A stretch of 64,000 bases of DNA, taken from assembly GCA_036004685.1 (NCBI GenBank), contig DASYRE010000008.1, forward strand, positions 35,818 through 99,817. The letters are read 5' to 3'. Origin of the DNA: Candidatus Polarisedimenticolia bacterium. GTDB lineage: Bacteria; Acidobacteriota; Polarisedimenticolia; Gp22-AA2; AA152. The position numbers and the translations under genes are program-made. Below the pieces are notes generated by a model. The model saw only the letters and a list, made by a program, of their open reading frames with translations. It was not told where the DNA came from and made no database searches. Shown here piece after piece: positions 30,535-41,031 of this stretch; position 1 is the stretch's first letter, and every line of letters starts with the position of its first letter.

Positions 30535-33108
30535 TTGACAACGAGCACTTTAGCCGTATCTAAAGAGTCTCTGACTTGCGCTTCGCCTGTTTTCCACAGT
30601 CTGACCGCACCTTCGATGAGGGGCCGGAGAGTCGCCTCGCAGAGAGGGCTTCCGGCGAAGGTGAACGTTGTGCGCTATTTCCCTGCCTATCTTCCGCGCC
30701 CCGAGCGCGGCCGAAGGCTATTGAGCCTGTTGATCTTAGCGGCAGCGTTGGGCTGCCTGCTGCCCCCTCCGTCCGCCTTGTCGGATTTTACTTTCTACGC
30801 AGATATCGTCTCCTCGGCCACCACCGACTGCGTCCCGACCAGCAGCGGCTGCACCGGCTCCTGCGCCGCTCCGACTTGCGGGAGCCAGGCCCAACCCTGT
30901 CACAAGATCCAGGACGCCATCAACATCGCGAACTGCACCATCGGCTCGAACAACGCCTTGCAGGCCGACGTCCTGGTCGCGGCGGGAACTTATCCCGAAC
31001 GGCTCTACGTCTACCCCAATATCAACTTGATCGGAGCGGGCCGGGACGTCACGACCGTCGACGCCAAAGGGCTGAACCGCTCGGCGGTCATCCTCGCCGG
31101 CGGCGGCGCCGTGGGCTTCAACCGGCCGCGCCTCAACTTCTCGATCTCGGGCCTGCGGATCATCCACGGCAGCGGCGATCGCCTGACGCTCACCGACTCG
31201 GTCGGGAACCAGTACTTCAATATCGGCGGCGGGGGAGTCATTCTGTTCGGAGAGATCAACCTGCCCGGGTGGCCCCGCGTCACCAACTGCCGGATCGAGG
31301 ACAACACCCTGGCGAACAACACGGGACTCCCCGCCCCCGACTGGAACGGGGCGGGAATCTACATCGCCCAGGGGCAGCCGGTCATCTCGGGCAACATCGT
31401 CCAGCGCAACACCACGACTCCTCCCGATCAAAGCGGCCAGGTATCCGCGCTGGGCTGGGGAGCGGGCATTTTCTCCCTGAACTTCGACTGCCGGCCGGTG
31501 ATCACCCACAACATCATCCGCAACAACGTCACGGTGGCGCAGCAGGGGAGCGGCGCGGGCATGTTCATCGCCGCCGGCAACGGCACGGTGCTCAGCAACA
31601 ACCTCATCGTCGCCAACTCAGCGAACATCCAGGGGGGAGGCATGTACCTCTACGCCTCCGGGACGTCGGCCTACGACAACGTCGTGATGGGGAACATCGG
31701 CGGAAGCGCCGGCGGGGGGCTCAGCACGGGAAGTCCCTTGGAGGATCTCAACCTGACGAACAACTCGATCGTCGGAAACGTGATGACGGTCCATACCGTG
31801 CCGAAGGGGGCCGTCTTCTCCGCCATCGGCGGCGGCGTCTACGCGAGCTTCATCCTCAGCCAGCAGGTCAGCCCGAAGAACCACCTCACCAACAACCTGA
31901 TCGCCCAGAACGACGCGACCACCGCGGGGGGCGGCGGCGGGCTGTACAGCTTCAACGCCTTCGCGACCAACGACCATGGCGATTACTTCGGGGACCTCCC
32001 CAACGAGATCCGCGGCGACTACACCGACGCCGCGGTGATCGGGATCAACGGGAACATCGGCCTCAATCCGGTTTTCACCAATGCCCCCGTCTTTTGGGAT
32101 CACACCAACGCGAACGGGACCTCCTCGACCGTCGTGGTCTTTGCTTCGACGCGCTATGCGGTCGGGAACCGGATCGAATACAACGACGACGGCGTGTCGC
32201 GGCAGATCACCGCGATCAACAACACCAGCAAGACCCTGACCTTCACCCCGGCGTTGTCGTACAAGGTCTGCAGCAACGCCCTGAACGCCTTGTGCACCGT
32301 CAACGCCGACTGTCTCTCTCCCGGAACGTGCGCCACCGCCACGACCCGCGCCAGCCGGATCCTGGCGAACTGGGGGAGCGGCACGAACGTGGCCGAGGAT
32401 CTTCGCCTGACCTCCAGCTCTCCGCTGCGTGAGATGGGAACGAACGCCCCGGGGTTTGGAACCCTGCCCGCCGCCGATTACGACGATCTGCCGCGCCCGG
32501 CCGACGGCGATCTCAACGGCTCCTCCCTGAGCGACATGGGAGCCTTCGAGTTCCGCTACCCCGACACCGACGGCGACGGGTTCGTCGACCTCCAGGATTG
32601 CGCGCCCGGGGTCAACAGCGTCTGGACGGCGCCGGACCAGGTTCCGGACCCGCTGGCGATCTCGGCCAGCGGCGACCTCTCCTGGCCCCACGTTCCGCAG
32701 TCGAACGTCTACAACGTGTATGGAGGGACGCTCACCCTCCCCTTCGCGCCCAACCCGAGCTGCCTCGCCGCCGAGGTGCCCGCCTGGTCCTGGTCTTTGG
32801 CGGGGTCGGTGCCGGTGCCGGGCACCGCCTACTACTACCTGGTGGGCGGAAGGAACACTTGTGGCAGCGGCCCGATCCACGGCCCGCCGAGCCTCTACCC
32901 GTCCACCGTCTGCCCTCCGTCGGGAGCCGACGGCGACGGGGACGGAGCTCAGAACGTCAACGACAACTGTCCGGCGGTCTCCAACGCCAGCCAGCTGGAC
33001 GGCGATCACGACACCGTCGGGACGGTCTGCGACAACTGTCCGTCCGTCTACAATCCCTCCCAGGCCGACGCGAACGGCAACGGTCTGGGGGACGCCTGCG
33101 ATCCGTGA
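30535..33108 (+). CDS. Secreted right-handed beta-helix protein with TSP3-like Ca-binding repeats (paralog 1); true start probably near 30661-30670
   Basis: Signal peptide, GGG.Y/NN.I..N beta-helix repeats, DGDGDG..DNCP..NP.Q.D repeats. Confidence 0.8.
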   Translation: MTTSTLAVSKESLTCASPVFHSLTAPSMRGRRVASQRGLPAKVNVVRYFPAYLPRPERGRRLLSLLILAAALGCLLPPPSALSDFTFYADIVSSATTDCVPTSSGCTGSCAAPTCGSQAQPCHKIQDAINIANCTIGSNNALQADVLVAAGTYPERLYVYPNINLIGAGRDVTTVDAKGLNRSAVILAGGGAVGFNRPRLNFSISGLRIIHGSGDRLTLTDSVGNQYFNIGGGGVILFGEINLPGWPRVTNCRIEDNTLANNTGLPAPDWNGAGIYIAQGQPVISGNIVQRNTTTPPDQSGQVSALGWGAGIFSLNFDCRPVITHNIIRNNVTVAQQGSGAGMFIAAGNGTVLSNNLIVANSANIQGGGMYLYASGTSAYDNVVMGNIGGSAGGGLSTGSPLEDLNLTNNSIVGNVMTVHTVPKGAVFSAIGGGVYASFILSQQVSPKNHLTNNLIAQNDATTAGGGGGLYSFNAFATNDHGDYFGDLPNEIRGDYTDAAVIGINGNIGLNPVFTNAPVFWDHTNANGTSSTVVVFASTRYAVGNRIEYNDDGVSRQITAINNTSKTLTFTPALSYKVCSNALNALCTVNADCLSPGTCATATTRASRILANWGSGTNVAEDLRLTSSSPLREMGTNAPGFGTLPAADYDDLPRPADGDLNGSSLSDMGAFEFRYPDTDGDGFVDLQDCAPGVNSVWTAPDQVPDPLAISASGDLSWPHVPQSNVYNVYGGTLTLPFAPNPSCLAAEVPAWSWSLAGSVPVPGTAYYYLVGGRNTCGSGPIHGPPSLYPSTVCPPSGADGDGDGAQNVNDNCPAVSNASQLDGDHDTVGTVCDNCPSVYNPSQADANGNGLGDACDP

Positions 33109-33272
33109 AGCCAGGGCGGCGGAGGAGAATCCGCTTGACTTCCAGCGCCTTCGGGGTATTTAAGTTACCCAGATCCCGGCCATTCTCGCTTTGAGGAAGA
33201 GCAAGGAGGGGGGATTTGCCGCGCCCACCGCGAAGTGTTCTCCGGAGAGTGGGGACTCCGGTTAGCCGGTTG

Positions 33273-36200
33273 ATGAAGACGCTCCGCGGAGGCAGCTGGC
33301 TCGTCCTCTGCCTGCTCGCCGCCGGGGTGGTGTCCTTCCAGCCCCCTCCCGTCGCCGTGTCGAATTTCACCTACTACGTCGACGCCGCCTCCGCCGGCAC
33401 GACCGACTGCACCCCCGGCGCGAGCGGTTGCACGGGATCCTGCGCCGTCCCCGCCTGCGGCTCCCAGGCAACTCCCTGCCACACGATTCAGGCCGCCGTC
33501 AACATCGCGAACTGCAACATCGGCTCGAACGCCGCCTTGGAGGCCGACGTCCTGGTCGCGGCCGGGACCTATCCCGAGCGGATCTTCGTCTACCCGAACA
33601 TCCACGTGATCGGGGCCGGCCGGGACGTCACGACGATCGACGCCAAGGGGTTGAACCGCTCCGCGGTGATCTTAGCGGGCGGCGGAGCTTTGGGCTTCAA
33701 CCGCCCACGCGAGCATTTCTCAATATCGGGAGTCCGGATCATCCATGGAAGCGGTGACCGTCTCACGCTCACCGACTCGGGCGGCAACCAATACTTCAAC
33801 ATGGCCGGCGGCGGCGTCCTGCTGTTCGGGGATGTCCTGACGCCGGGGTGGCCCCGGGTCATCGACTGCCGGATCGAGGACAACACGCTGGCGAATTCCG
33901 GCTTGGGCGCTCCCGACTGGAACGGGGCCGGAATCTACGTCGCCCAGGGGCAGCCGGTCATCTCCGGCAACCTCATCCAGCGCAACACGACGACGCCCCC
34001 CGATCAGTCGGGCCAGGTCGAAGCGCTGGGATGGGGAGCGGGCATCTTCTCCCTGAACTTCGACTGCCGGCCGGTGATCACCCACAACACCATTCGGAAT
34101 AACGTCACCGTGGCGCAGCAGGGTAGCGGCGCGGGCATGTACATCGCGGGCGACAACGGCACGGTGCTGAGCAACAACCTGATCGTCGGCAACTCGGCCA
34201 ACCTGGAAGGGGGCGGGATCTACCTCTATGCGAACAGCGCCTCCGCCTACAACAACGTGGTCATCGGGAACATCGGCGGAGGAGCGGGCGGCGGATTCAG
34301 CACCGGCGCCCCCTTGAGCGAAGTCACCATCACGAACAACACCATCGTGGGGAACGTCCTGACGGTCCACACCGTCCCGAAAGGCGCGACCTTCTCGTCC
34401 ATCGGCGGCGGAATCTACTCCAGCTTCATCCTCAGCCAGCAAGCCGATCCCAACAGCCACCTCACGAACAATCTCATCGCCCAGAACGACGCGACGACCC
34501 TGGGCGGGGGGGCGGGACTTTACAGCTTCAATTCTTTCGCCACGAACGACCACAATGACTTCTTCAACGACCGCCCCAACGAGATCCGCGGCGACTACAC
34601 CGATGCCCAGGTCATCGGCACGAACGGGAACGTCTCGGTGAATCCGGTCTTCACGAACGCTCCGACCTTCTGGGACCACACCAGCGCCCTGGGCACCTCG
34701 ACCACCGCGATCGTCTTCGACTCGACGCGCTACGCCGTCGGCAACCGGATCGAGTACAACGACGACGGGGTTTCGCGGCAGATCACCGCCATCAACAACA
34801 CCAGCAAGACCCTCACGTTCACGCCCGCCCTGGCGTACAAGGTCTGCAGCAACGCGATCAACGCCTCCTGCAACGTGAACGGCGACTGCCTTTCTCCCGG
34901 CACCTGCAACACCGCGGTCACCCAGACGAACCGGATCCTGGCCAACTGGGGAAGCAACACCGACGTGAGCGAGAACCTGCGCCTTACCTCCTCGTCGCCC
35001 CTGCGCGACGCCGGCACCAACGCGCCGCTGTTCGGGACGACGCCGACGACCGACTACGACGATCTGCCCCGGCCGACCGACGGCGACCTGAACGGATCGT
35101 CCTTGAACGACATCGGCGCCTTCGAGTTCCGGTTCGGCGACTCCGACGGCGACGGCGTGCCCGACAGCGTCGATTGCTCCCCCTTGTCGAACAGCGCCTG
35201 GGCGCTCCCCGATCAGGTCCCGTCGCCTCTGCAGATCAACGCGAGCCAGGTGCTCTCCTGGCCGAGGATCCCCCAGTCGAACGTCTACAACGTCTACTCC
35301 GGACTGATCCAGAACCCCTTCAACTACGGCGCCGCCTGCTTCGCCGCCGAGGTGCCCGGCCTCTCCACCTCGATCAATCTCCCCCCCAGTCCCGCCTCCG
35401 GAGTCGGCTTCTATTACCTGGTGGGGGGGGTCAACGGCTGCGGCAACGGACCGATCCATCTGCTGCCCACGGTGAATCCCGCGCCCGCGTGCGCGGCCCA
35501 GAACCACGACACCGATGGAGACACCGTCTTGGATCTCAACGACAACTGTCCGGCGCTGGCGAACCCCGGCCAGGAGGATCCCGAGCACGACACCGTCGGC
35601 ACCGCCTGCGACAATTGCCCGGCGCTGTACAATCCGGCGCAGACCGACGTCAACGCCAACAGCCTCGGGGACGATTGCGAGGACGCCGACGGCGACACCT
35701 ACGTCCTCACGCTCGACTGCAACGACAACAACCCCGCCATCCACCCCGGGGCCGCGGAGGTGTGCAACGGCCTCGACGACAACTGCGCCAACGGCGTCGA
35801 CGAGGGCGCCGACGCGCTGTGCGCCGACTCCAACTCGTGCGATCAGGATTCGTGCGGCGGCGCCGCGGGCTGCGTGCACACGCCGGTCGCCGACGGCTCG
35901 CCGTGCACGGACGCCAACGCCTGCACCCAGACCGACTCGTGCCAGACGGGAGTCTGTCTGGGCGCCAACCCGGTGATCTGCCCGACGGCCGACGCCTGCC
36001 ACGATCCGGGGGTCTGCGACACCGGCACGGGGGTCTGCTCGGCGGCCACGCCGAAGCCCGAAGGCTTCCCTTGCGAGGATGGGAACAACTGCACGGTCGG
36101 CGACAGCTGTCTTTCGGGAATCTGCCAGGCGGGCGCGGCCCGGGACGGCGACTCCGACACCCATCCCGATCCGCTGTGCGGCGGGGACGATTGCAACGAC

Positions 36201-36536
36201 GCGAACGGGCTCGTCTGGCACGTCCCGGCGGAAGTCACGAACCTGACTCTCAGCCAGGCGAGCCCGGCCAATCCGACGTGGGATTCCCAGGCGGTCGCGG
36301 CGGGCAGCGAAACGACTTACGATCTCGTCAGCGGGTCGCTCTCGACGCTCAGCGGCATCAGCTTCCCGCCGGCCACCTGCTTGCAGTCAGCCGATCCGGC
36401 GACCAGCTACAGCGACGGCCGCCCCAATCCCGCCTCCGGAACCGGCTACTGGTATCTGTCGCGGGCGCGGAATTCCTGCGGCGTGGCCACCTACGGGAGC
36501 GCCGCCCGGGACGCCGAAATCCCCAACTGCCCCTGA
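33273..36536 (+). CDS. Secreted beta-helix protein with TSP3-like, MopE-like and Cys-rich repeats (paralog 2)
   Basis: Same core as the upstream gene plus DCND...HPGAAEVCNGLDDNC (putative metal-binding motif) and CxDxNxCT repeats; start MKTLRGG at 33273 (ORF from 33216). Confidence 0.82.
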   Translation: MKTLRGGSWLVLCLLAAGVVSFQPPPVAVSNFTYYVDAASAGTTDCTPGASGCTGSCAVPACGSQATPCHTIQAAVNIANCNIGSNAALEADVLVAAGTYPERIFVYPNIHVIGAGRDVTTIDAKGLNRSAVILAGGGALGFNRPREHFSISGVRIIHGSGDRLTLTDSGGNQYFNMAGGGVLLFGDVLTPGWPRVIDCRIEDNTLANSGLGAPDWNGAGIYVAQGQPVISGNLIQRNTTTPPDQSGQVEALGWGAGIFSLNFDCRPVITHNTIRNNVTVAQQGSGAGMYIAGDNGTVLSNNLIVGNSANLEGGGIYLYANSASAYNNVVIGNIGGGAGGGFSTGAPLSEVTITNNTIVGNVLTVHTVPKGATFSSIGGGIYSSFILSQQADPNSHLTNNLIAQNDATTLGGGAGLYSFNSFATNDHNDFFNDRPNEIRGDYTDAQVIGTNGNVSVNPVFTNAPTFWDHTSALGTSTTAIVFDSTRYAVGNRIEYNDDGVSRQITAINNTSKTLTFTPALAYKVCSNAINASCNVNGDCLSPGTCNTAVTQTNRILANWGSNTDVSENLRLTSSSPLRDAGTNAPLFGTTPTTDYDDLPRPTDGDLNGSSLNDIGAFEFRFGDSDGDGVPDSVDCSPLSNSAWALPDQVPSPLQINASQVLSWPRIPQSNVYNVYSGLIQNPFNYGAACFAAEVPGLSTSINLPPSPASGVGFYYLVGGVNGCGNGPIHLLPTVNPAPACAAQNHDTDGDTVLDLNDNCPALANPGQEDPEHDTVGTACDNCPALYNPAQTDVNANSLGDDCEDADGDTYVLTLDCNDNNPAIHPGAAEVCNGLDDNCANGVDEGADALCADSNSCDQDSCGGAAGCVHTPVADGSPCTDANACTQTDSCQTGVCLGANPVICPTADACHDPGVCDTGTGVCSAATPKPEGFPCEDGNNCTVGDSCLSGICQAGAARDGDSDTHPDPLCGGDDCNDANGLVWHVPAEVTNLTLSQASPANPTWDSQAVAAGSETTYDLVSGSLSTLSGISFPPATCLQSADPATSYSDGRPNPASGTGYWYLSRARNSCGVATYGSAARDAEIPNCP

Positions 36537-36566
36537 GCCGCGCCTTCCCCGGGCGCCGCTCCGAAC

Positions 36567-37685
36567 CTACGAGCTGACCCCGCGCCCCGCCTTTTCCGCC
36601 GTCTCCGATCCGACCTGGCCGAGCTTCCAGTCCAGCCTGTCGAGCTTGGAGCGCGCCTCCTCGAGGTTCTTCGCGGCGTTGATCAGGTGCTTCGCGAGCA
36701 GCTCGAACGATTCCCGGAACCCCTCCAGATCGCCCTTGAGCGCGAGCAGCGCCGAGAGAACGCGGCGGGCCCCTTCTTCGACGCGCATGCCCCTGAGCCC
36801 CATGTGGAGCGTCGAGAGATAAAGGGAGAAGGTGTTGGGCGAGACGGGGAAGACCCGCCGGGCCAGGGTCTCCTGCCACAGATCCTGAGCCTCGCCGGAA
36901 TCGGCGCCGGCCACGAAAGCCTCGTAATAGACGTTCTCCGCCGGGACGTACATCAGCGCCAGATCGAGCGTCCCCTCAGCGGTGCGGATGTACCTCTCGG
37001 CGATGTGCCGGCCGTGGCGCCTTACGTCGTCCCGGAACGCCCGGCGGGCGCGGCGCAGCTCCTCGTCCCCCTGGGCGGACAGGATCTTCTGGAAATTCTC
37101 CAGCGGAAATTTCGCGTCGACCGGAACAAGCCCGCCCGGCAGGCGGATGGCCGCGTCGACCCTCTCGCCCCCGGCGAACGCATGCTGCAGCGAGAAATCG
37201 CCCGCCGGAAGCACGTTCCCGAGAAGGTTCTCGAGGAGCTGCTCGCCGAAGCCGCCGCGCAGCTTGGGCGCCCTCAGGATGTCCTGGAGCCGCCGGAGAT
37301 CGCGCCCCATCTCGGAGAGGTGCTGAATCTGCTGATCGAGCTGGGCGAGCTTCTCTTGCAGCGAGCCAACCTTCTCGCCCACAGTGCGGGAATGCTGGCC
37401 GACCTGCGCCGTCACGCTCATCTGGGAGGATTGCACAAGATCGGTGAGGGCCTTGGTCCCCGCCTGGAGCTGCGATCCCGTCTCACGCGTGATCTGGTGA
37501 CCCGTCTCCTGCAGGCTGCGGACCAGATCGGTGACCTGATGCTGGAGCTGCAGGAGCGCCTGCGTCCATCCCGCTTCCGCCGCCGCGCCGGGCCGCTTCC
37601 GGAAAAGCAGCACGACGACGGAGAGAAAGACCGCCGCGACGACGAGCGCCAGGAGCGCGATGATGAGAATCGATTCGGATGGCAT
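36567..37685 (-). CDS. rmuC: DNA recombination protein RmuC
   Basis: PKLRGGFGE, PVDAKFP, ALMYVPAE, VSPNT. Confidence 0.9.
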   Translation of the reverse strand: MPSESILIIALLALVVAAVFLSVVVLLFRKRPGAAAEAGWTQALLQLQHQVTDLVRSLQETGHQITRETGSQLQAGTKALTDLVQSSQMSVTAQVGQHSRTVGEKVGSLQEKLAQLDQQIQHLSEMGRDLRRLQDILRAPKLRGGFGEQLLENLLGNVLPAGDFSLQHAFAGGERVDAAIRLPGGLVPVDAKFPLENFQKILSAQGDEELRRARRAFRDDVRRHGRHIAERYIRTAEGTLDLALMYVPAENVYYEAFVAGADSGEAQDLWQETLARRVFPVSPNTFSLYLSTLHMGLRGMRVEEGARRVLSALLALKGDLEGFRESFELLAKHLINAAKNLEEARSKLDRLDWKLGQVGSETAEKAGRGVSS

Positions 37686-37742
37686 GAGGCGGGTTCCCCG
37701 TGGCGGACGTCGCGGGGAGTGTAGAGGCGGGATCGCGGCCTG

Positions 37743-38918
37743 TCAAGACACGTGAAGGACGGCGAACTTCAGGTATGAGGTCTCCGGAACGCCCGGAAGA
37801 ACCGGATGATCGGGCGACTGGCCCGCCACCGAGACGAGGCGGGCCGTCCTCCCCGAGTCGGCCACCGCCTCCCGGATCAACGACAGGAAATCGGCGAGCG
37901 ACAGGTGATAGGAGCACGAGGACGTCAGCAGGCACCCGCCCGCTTCGAGGATCTTCAGCGCCCGGAGGTTGATCTCCTTGTAGCCTCGGCACGCCGCCTC
38001 GAGGTTGCGGGCCGACTTGGTGAACGCCGGCGGATCCAGGACGACGATGCCGAACCGGCGGCCCTCGCGATCGAGGGCGTGAAGCCGATCGAACGCGTTC
38101 GCCTCTTCAAACTCGCACCGCTCCCCGAAGCCGTTCAGGGCGGCGTGCTCCGCCGCCCGGGCGACGCACAAGGCGGAGATGTCCACTCCCAGCAGCGAGC
38201 GCGCGCCGCCCCGGAGCGCGTAAAGCCCGAACCCGCCCGTATTGCAGAAAGCGTCGAGGACCGTCCGGCCGGCGGCCAGCGGAAGAAGCGCCCGGCGGTT
38301 CAGCCGCTGATCGAGATACAGGCCGGTCTTCTGGGCCTCGGCCAGCCTCACGTGGAACTCGAGGCCGTCCAGCCGGACCGGTATCGCCGCGGGGACCTCT
38401 CCGGCGACCGGCCCGCCCGCCGGCGGCAGGCCTTCGTGCGCCCGGCTGCTGAGATCTCCCCTCTCATAGATGCCGGCCGGATTCAGCCGATCCCGGAGGA
38501 CGGTCAGCAGGAGGGCGCGGTGCCGATCCATCCCCAACGTTCCGATCTGCACGCAAAGGTAGGCGCCATACCGATCCACTACCAACCCCGGAAGGAGATC
38601 GGCTTCGCCGTAGATCAGGCGCAGCGCCGTCTCGCCCGGAAAGACGCGCTCCCGATAAGCCAGGGCCTCGTCGATGCGCCGCTCGAAGAAGGCGCGGTCG
38701 ATCCCTTCCTCCGGCTCCCGCGTCAGCAGCCGGACGGTGATCGTCGAGGCCGGATTGTAGGTTCCGCGCCCCAGGAACCGCCGCCGGTGATCGCGCACGT
38801 CGACGACCTCTCCGGGCGCGGCGCCCTCGTCCACCGAGGCGATCTCGCTCGCGTAGACCCAGAGGTGCCCTCCCTTCAGCCGGCGATCTTTTCCTTTCCC
38901 GAGAACCACCGAGGCCAT
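37743..38918 (-). CDS. RlmI/RlmK-family SAM-dependent rRNA methyltransferase
   Basis: GHLWVY PUA domain, DLLPGLVVDRY, QKTGLYLDQR, VLDPPAF, SCS. Confidence 0.9.
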   Translation of the reverse strand: MASVVLGKGKDRRLKGGHLWVYASEIASVDEGAAPGEVVDVRDHRRRFLGRGTYNPASTITVRLLTREPEEGIDRAFFERRIDEALAYRERVFPGETALRLIYGEADLLPGLVVDRYGAYLCVQIGTLGMDRHRALLLTVLRDRLNPAGIYERGDLSSRAHEGLPPAGGPVAGEVPAAIPVRLDGLEFHVRLAEAQKTGLYLDQRLNRRALLPLAAGRTVLDAFCNTGGFGLYALRGGARSLLGVDISALCVARAAEHAALNGFGERCEFEEANAFDRLHALDREGRRFGIVVLDPPAFTKSARNLEAACRGYKEINLRALKILEAGGCLLTSSCSYHLSLADFLSLIREAVADSGRTARLVSVAGQSPDHPVLPGVPETSYLKFAVLHVS

Positions 38919-39059
38919 GCCGTTCCCCGCGCCGAAGCGTTTCTTGACCCGAAGCGAGACGCGAGGCTATCATCCGCTCCGCTTCGACGCCAACTGATTT
39001 CCGCTCATCGCTTCGAGCGATTGGTCTTCGCCTCGAACGATTCGCCAAAGGAGGGAGCC

Positions 39060-39851
39060 ATGTCGACGAACCCTGGGACGTTCCGCCGCCTGCTCGCCGC
39101 CGCCGGTCTGGCGGCGCTTTCGCTCTTGCCGCTCCTGGCCGCCGGGGCCCCGGCGACGCGGCCGGCCCATCCGGGCGCTCTGGTGGATTTGCAAGGGACC
39201 CAAGGCGCCTTGAAGGCTTACCTGGTGAAGCCCGCGGGGAAGGGGCCCTTCCCGGGAATCGTCGTCATCCAGGAATGGTGGGGCTTGAACGATCAGATCA
39301 AGGGGGTCGCCGATCGTCTCGCGGCGCAGGGATATGCGGCGATCGCCCCCGACCTCTATCATGGGGCCGCCACGGCCGATCCCGAGAAAGCCCACGAGCT
39401 CATGCGGGGTCTCGATGAGAAGGTGGCGCTCGCCGATTTGGGGGCGGCGATCGATTTCCTCCGCTCCCTGCCCGAGGTGGGAAAAGGAAGGATCGGGTCG
39501 ATCGGGTTCTGCATGGGCGGCGGCCTCTCCCTCCAGCTGGCGCTTCATCGCCCGGACCTCGCCGGCACCGTGATGTTCTACGGCCAGCCGGAAACCGACC
39601 CTGCTCTCCTGAAGGGGGCGGCCTGCCCGATTCTCGGATTGTTCGGGGAGGAGGATCAAGGGATCCCGCGTGAGAAGATCGAGGCGATGAAGAAGGGGCT
39701 CGACGAAGCGGGGAAAGGGGCCGAGGTGAAGATCTATCCCAAGGCCGGGCACGCCTTCTTCAACGAGACGCGCCCCTCCTACTCGCCCGACGCGGCCGCC
39801 GACGCCTGGAAGCGCACGCTCGCCTTCTTTCAGTCCCGGCTGAAGGGATGA
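39060..39851 (+). CDS. Dienelactone hydrolase family protein with signal peptide
   Basis: QEWWG, APDLY, GFCMGG, FYG, YPKAGHAF; start MSTNPGTFRRLL with GGAGG RBS. Confidence 0.88.
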   Translation: MSTNPGTFRRLLAAAGLAALSLLPLLAAGAPATRPAHPGALVDLQGTQGALKAYLVKPAGKGPFPGIVVIQEWWGLNDQIKGVADRLAAQGYAAIAPDLYHGAATADPEKAHELMRGLDEKVALADLGAAIDFLRSLPEVGKGRIGSIGFCMGGGLSLQLALHRPDLAGTVMFYGQPETDPALLKGAACPILGLFGEEDQGIPREKIEAMKKGLDEAGKGAEVKIYPKAGHAFFNETRPSYSPDAAADAWKRTLAFFQSRLKG

Positions 39852-39852
39852 A

Positions 39853-41031
39853 GTGAGCGCTTTCTCCGGATGGCGGCCGGCGTTCGATCTCCACCCCGGC
39901 GCCGTCTACCTGAACGCGGCGAGCGAAGGCCCCCTGCCGCGCGTGGCGCGCCAGGCCTTGCTCGCCGTCCTCGATCGCAAGGTCGACCCCTTCCGGCTCG
40001 GCGGCGAGGAGTATTTCCAGATCCCGCAGCGCGCCCGCGAGTGGTGCGCGCGGCTCGCCGGCTGCCAGGCCGACGAGATCGTCCTGACGACGGGAGCGGG
40101 AGCGGGCATCAACCTGGCGGCGGCCGGACTGCCTCTCGAGGCGGGGGACGAGGTCCTGCTCCTCAAGGGCGATTTCCCGGCCCTCTTGAATCCCTTTCTA
40201 CACGCCCGCGGGCGCGGGATCGTCCCGATCGAGGTCGCTCCCGCGACCAAGTTCCCCGCCGTCTCCGACTTCGAGCGCGCCGTCACTCCCCGGACCCGCG
40301 TCCTGGCGCTCAGCCACGTGCACCCCGCCAGCGGCTTTCGGAACGATCTCACCGCGCTCGGGGGCTTCTGCCGCGAGCGCGGTCTGTGGTTCGTAGTGGA
40401 CGCGGCCCATTCCGCCGGCGTGCTTCCCCTGCGATTTCAGGAGGAGCCGATCGACATCCTGGCGGCCCCGGGGCACAAGTGGCTCCTCGGCTTCACGGGG
40501 ACCGGGTTCGCCGCCATCCGCGCCTCGGTCATGGAGCGGATGAGGCCCCCCGCCGTGGGATGGATGGGATCGCTGAGCAACGCCGCGCAGTTCATCTCCA
40601 TCCCGCCGTTCGATCTGACGCTGTTCCGCGGCGGGCGGAAATTCGAGGTCGGGACCACGCCCTATCTGCAGCTGGCGGCCTGGAACGCCGCGCTGCAGCT
40701 GCTCGCCGAAATAGGGCCCGAGGCGCTCGAGCGGCATGTCCTGTCGCTGCTCGAGCCGCTGCGCGACTACCTCCGGAACTCTCCTTACAAGACGATCTCT
40801 TCCGACGAGCCGGCCTGCCGGTCGGGAATTCTCTCCTTCACGGGAAAGTTCCCGGCGAAGCTCCTGCGCCTCTTGAACGAGCGCCGGATCTTTCCGGCGT
40901 TGCGCGCGGGGGCGCTGCGCGTCTCGCCGCATCTCTACAACACCGCGGAAGACATCGACCGGCTGATCGAGGCGCTCCGCGAGCTGGAGAGCGCCAAGCT
41001 GGAAGGGGAGCGGAAAGGGGAGAACCTCTAG
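39853..41031 (+). CDS. Class V aminotransferase / cysteine desulfurase-like PLP enzyme
   Basis: [35 protein letters not shown]. Confidence 0.85.
   Translation: MSAFSGWRPAFDLHPGAVYLNAASEGPLPRVARQALLAVLDRKVDPFRLGGEEYFQIPQRAREWCARLAGCQADEIVLTTGAGAGINLAAAGLPLEAGDEVLLLKGDFPALLNPFLHARGRGIVPIEVAPATKFPAVSDFERAVTPRTRVLALSHVHPASGFRNDLTALGGFCRERGLWFVVDAAHSAGVLPLRFQEEPIDILAAPGHKWLLGFTGTGFAAIRASVMERMRPPAVGWMGSLSNAAQFISIPPFDLTLFRGGRKFEVGTTPYLQLAAWNAALQLLAEIGPEALERHVLSLLEPLRDYLRNSPYKTISSDEPACRSGILSFTGKFPAKLLRLLNERRIFPALRAGALRVSPHLYNTAEDIDRLIEALRELESAKLEGERKGENL

Noticed and set aside
28701-36566. Genomic island at tRNA-Ala covering the duplicated secreted-protein genes
   Set aside because: No duplicated tRNA 3' end, no recombinase, and host-like GC and codon usage.
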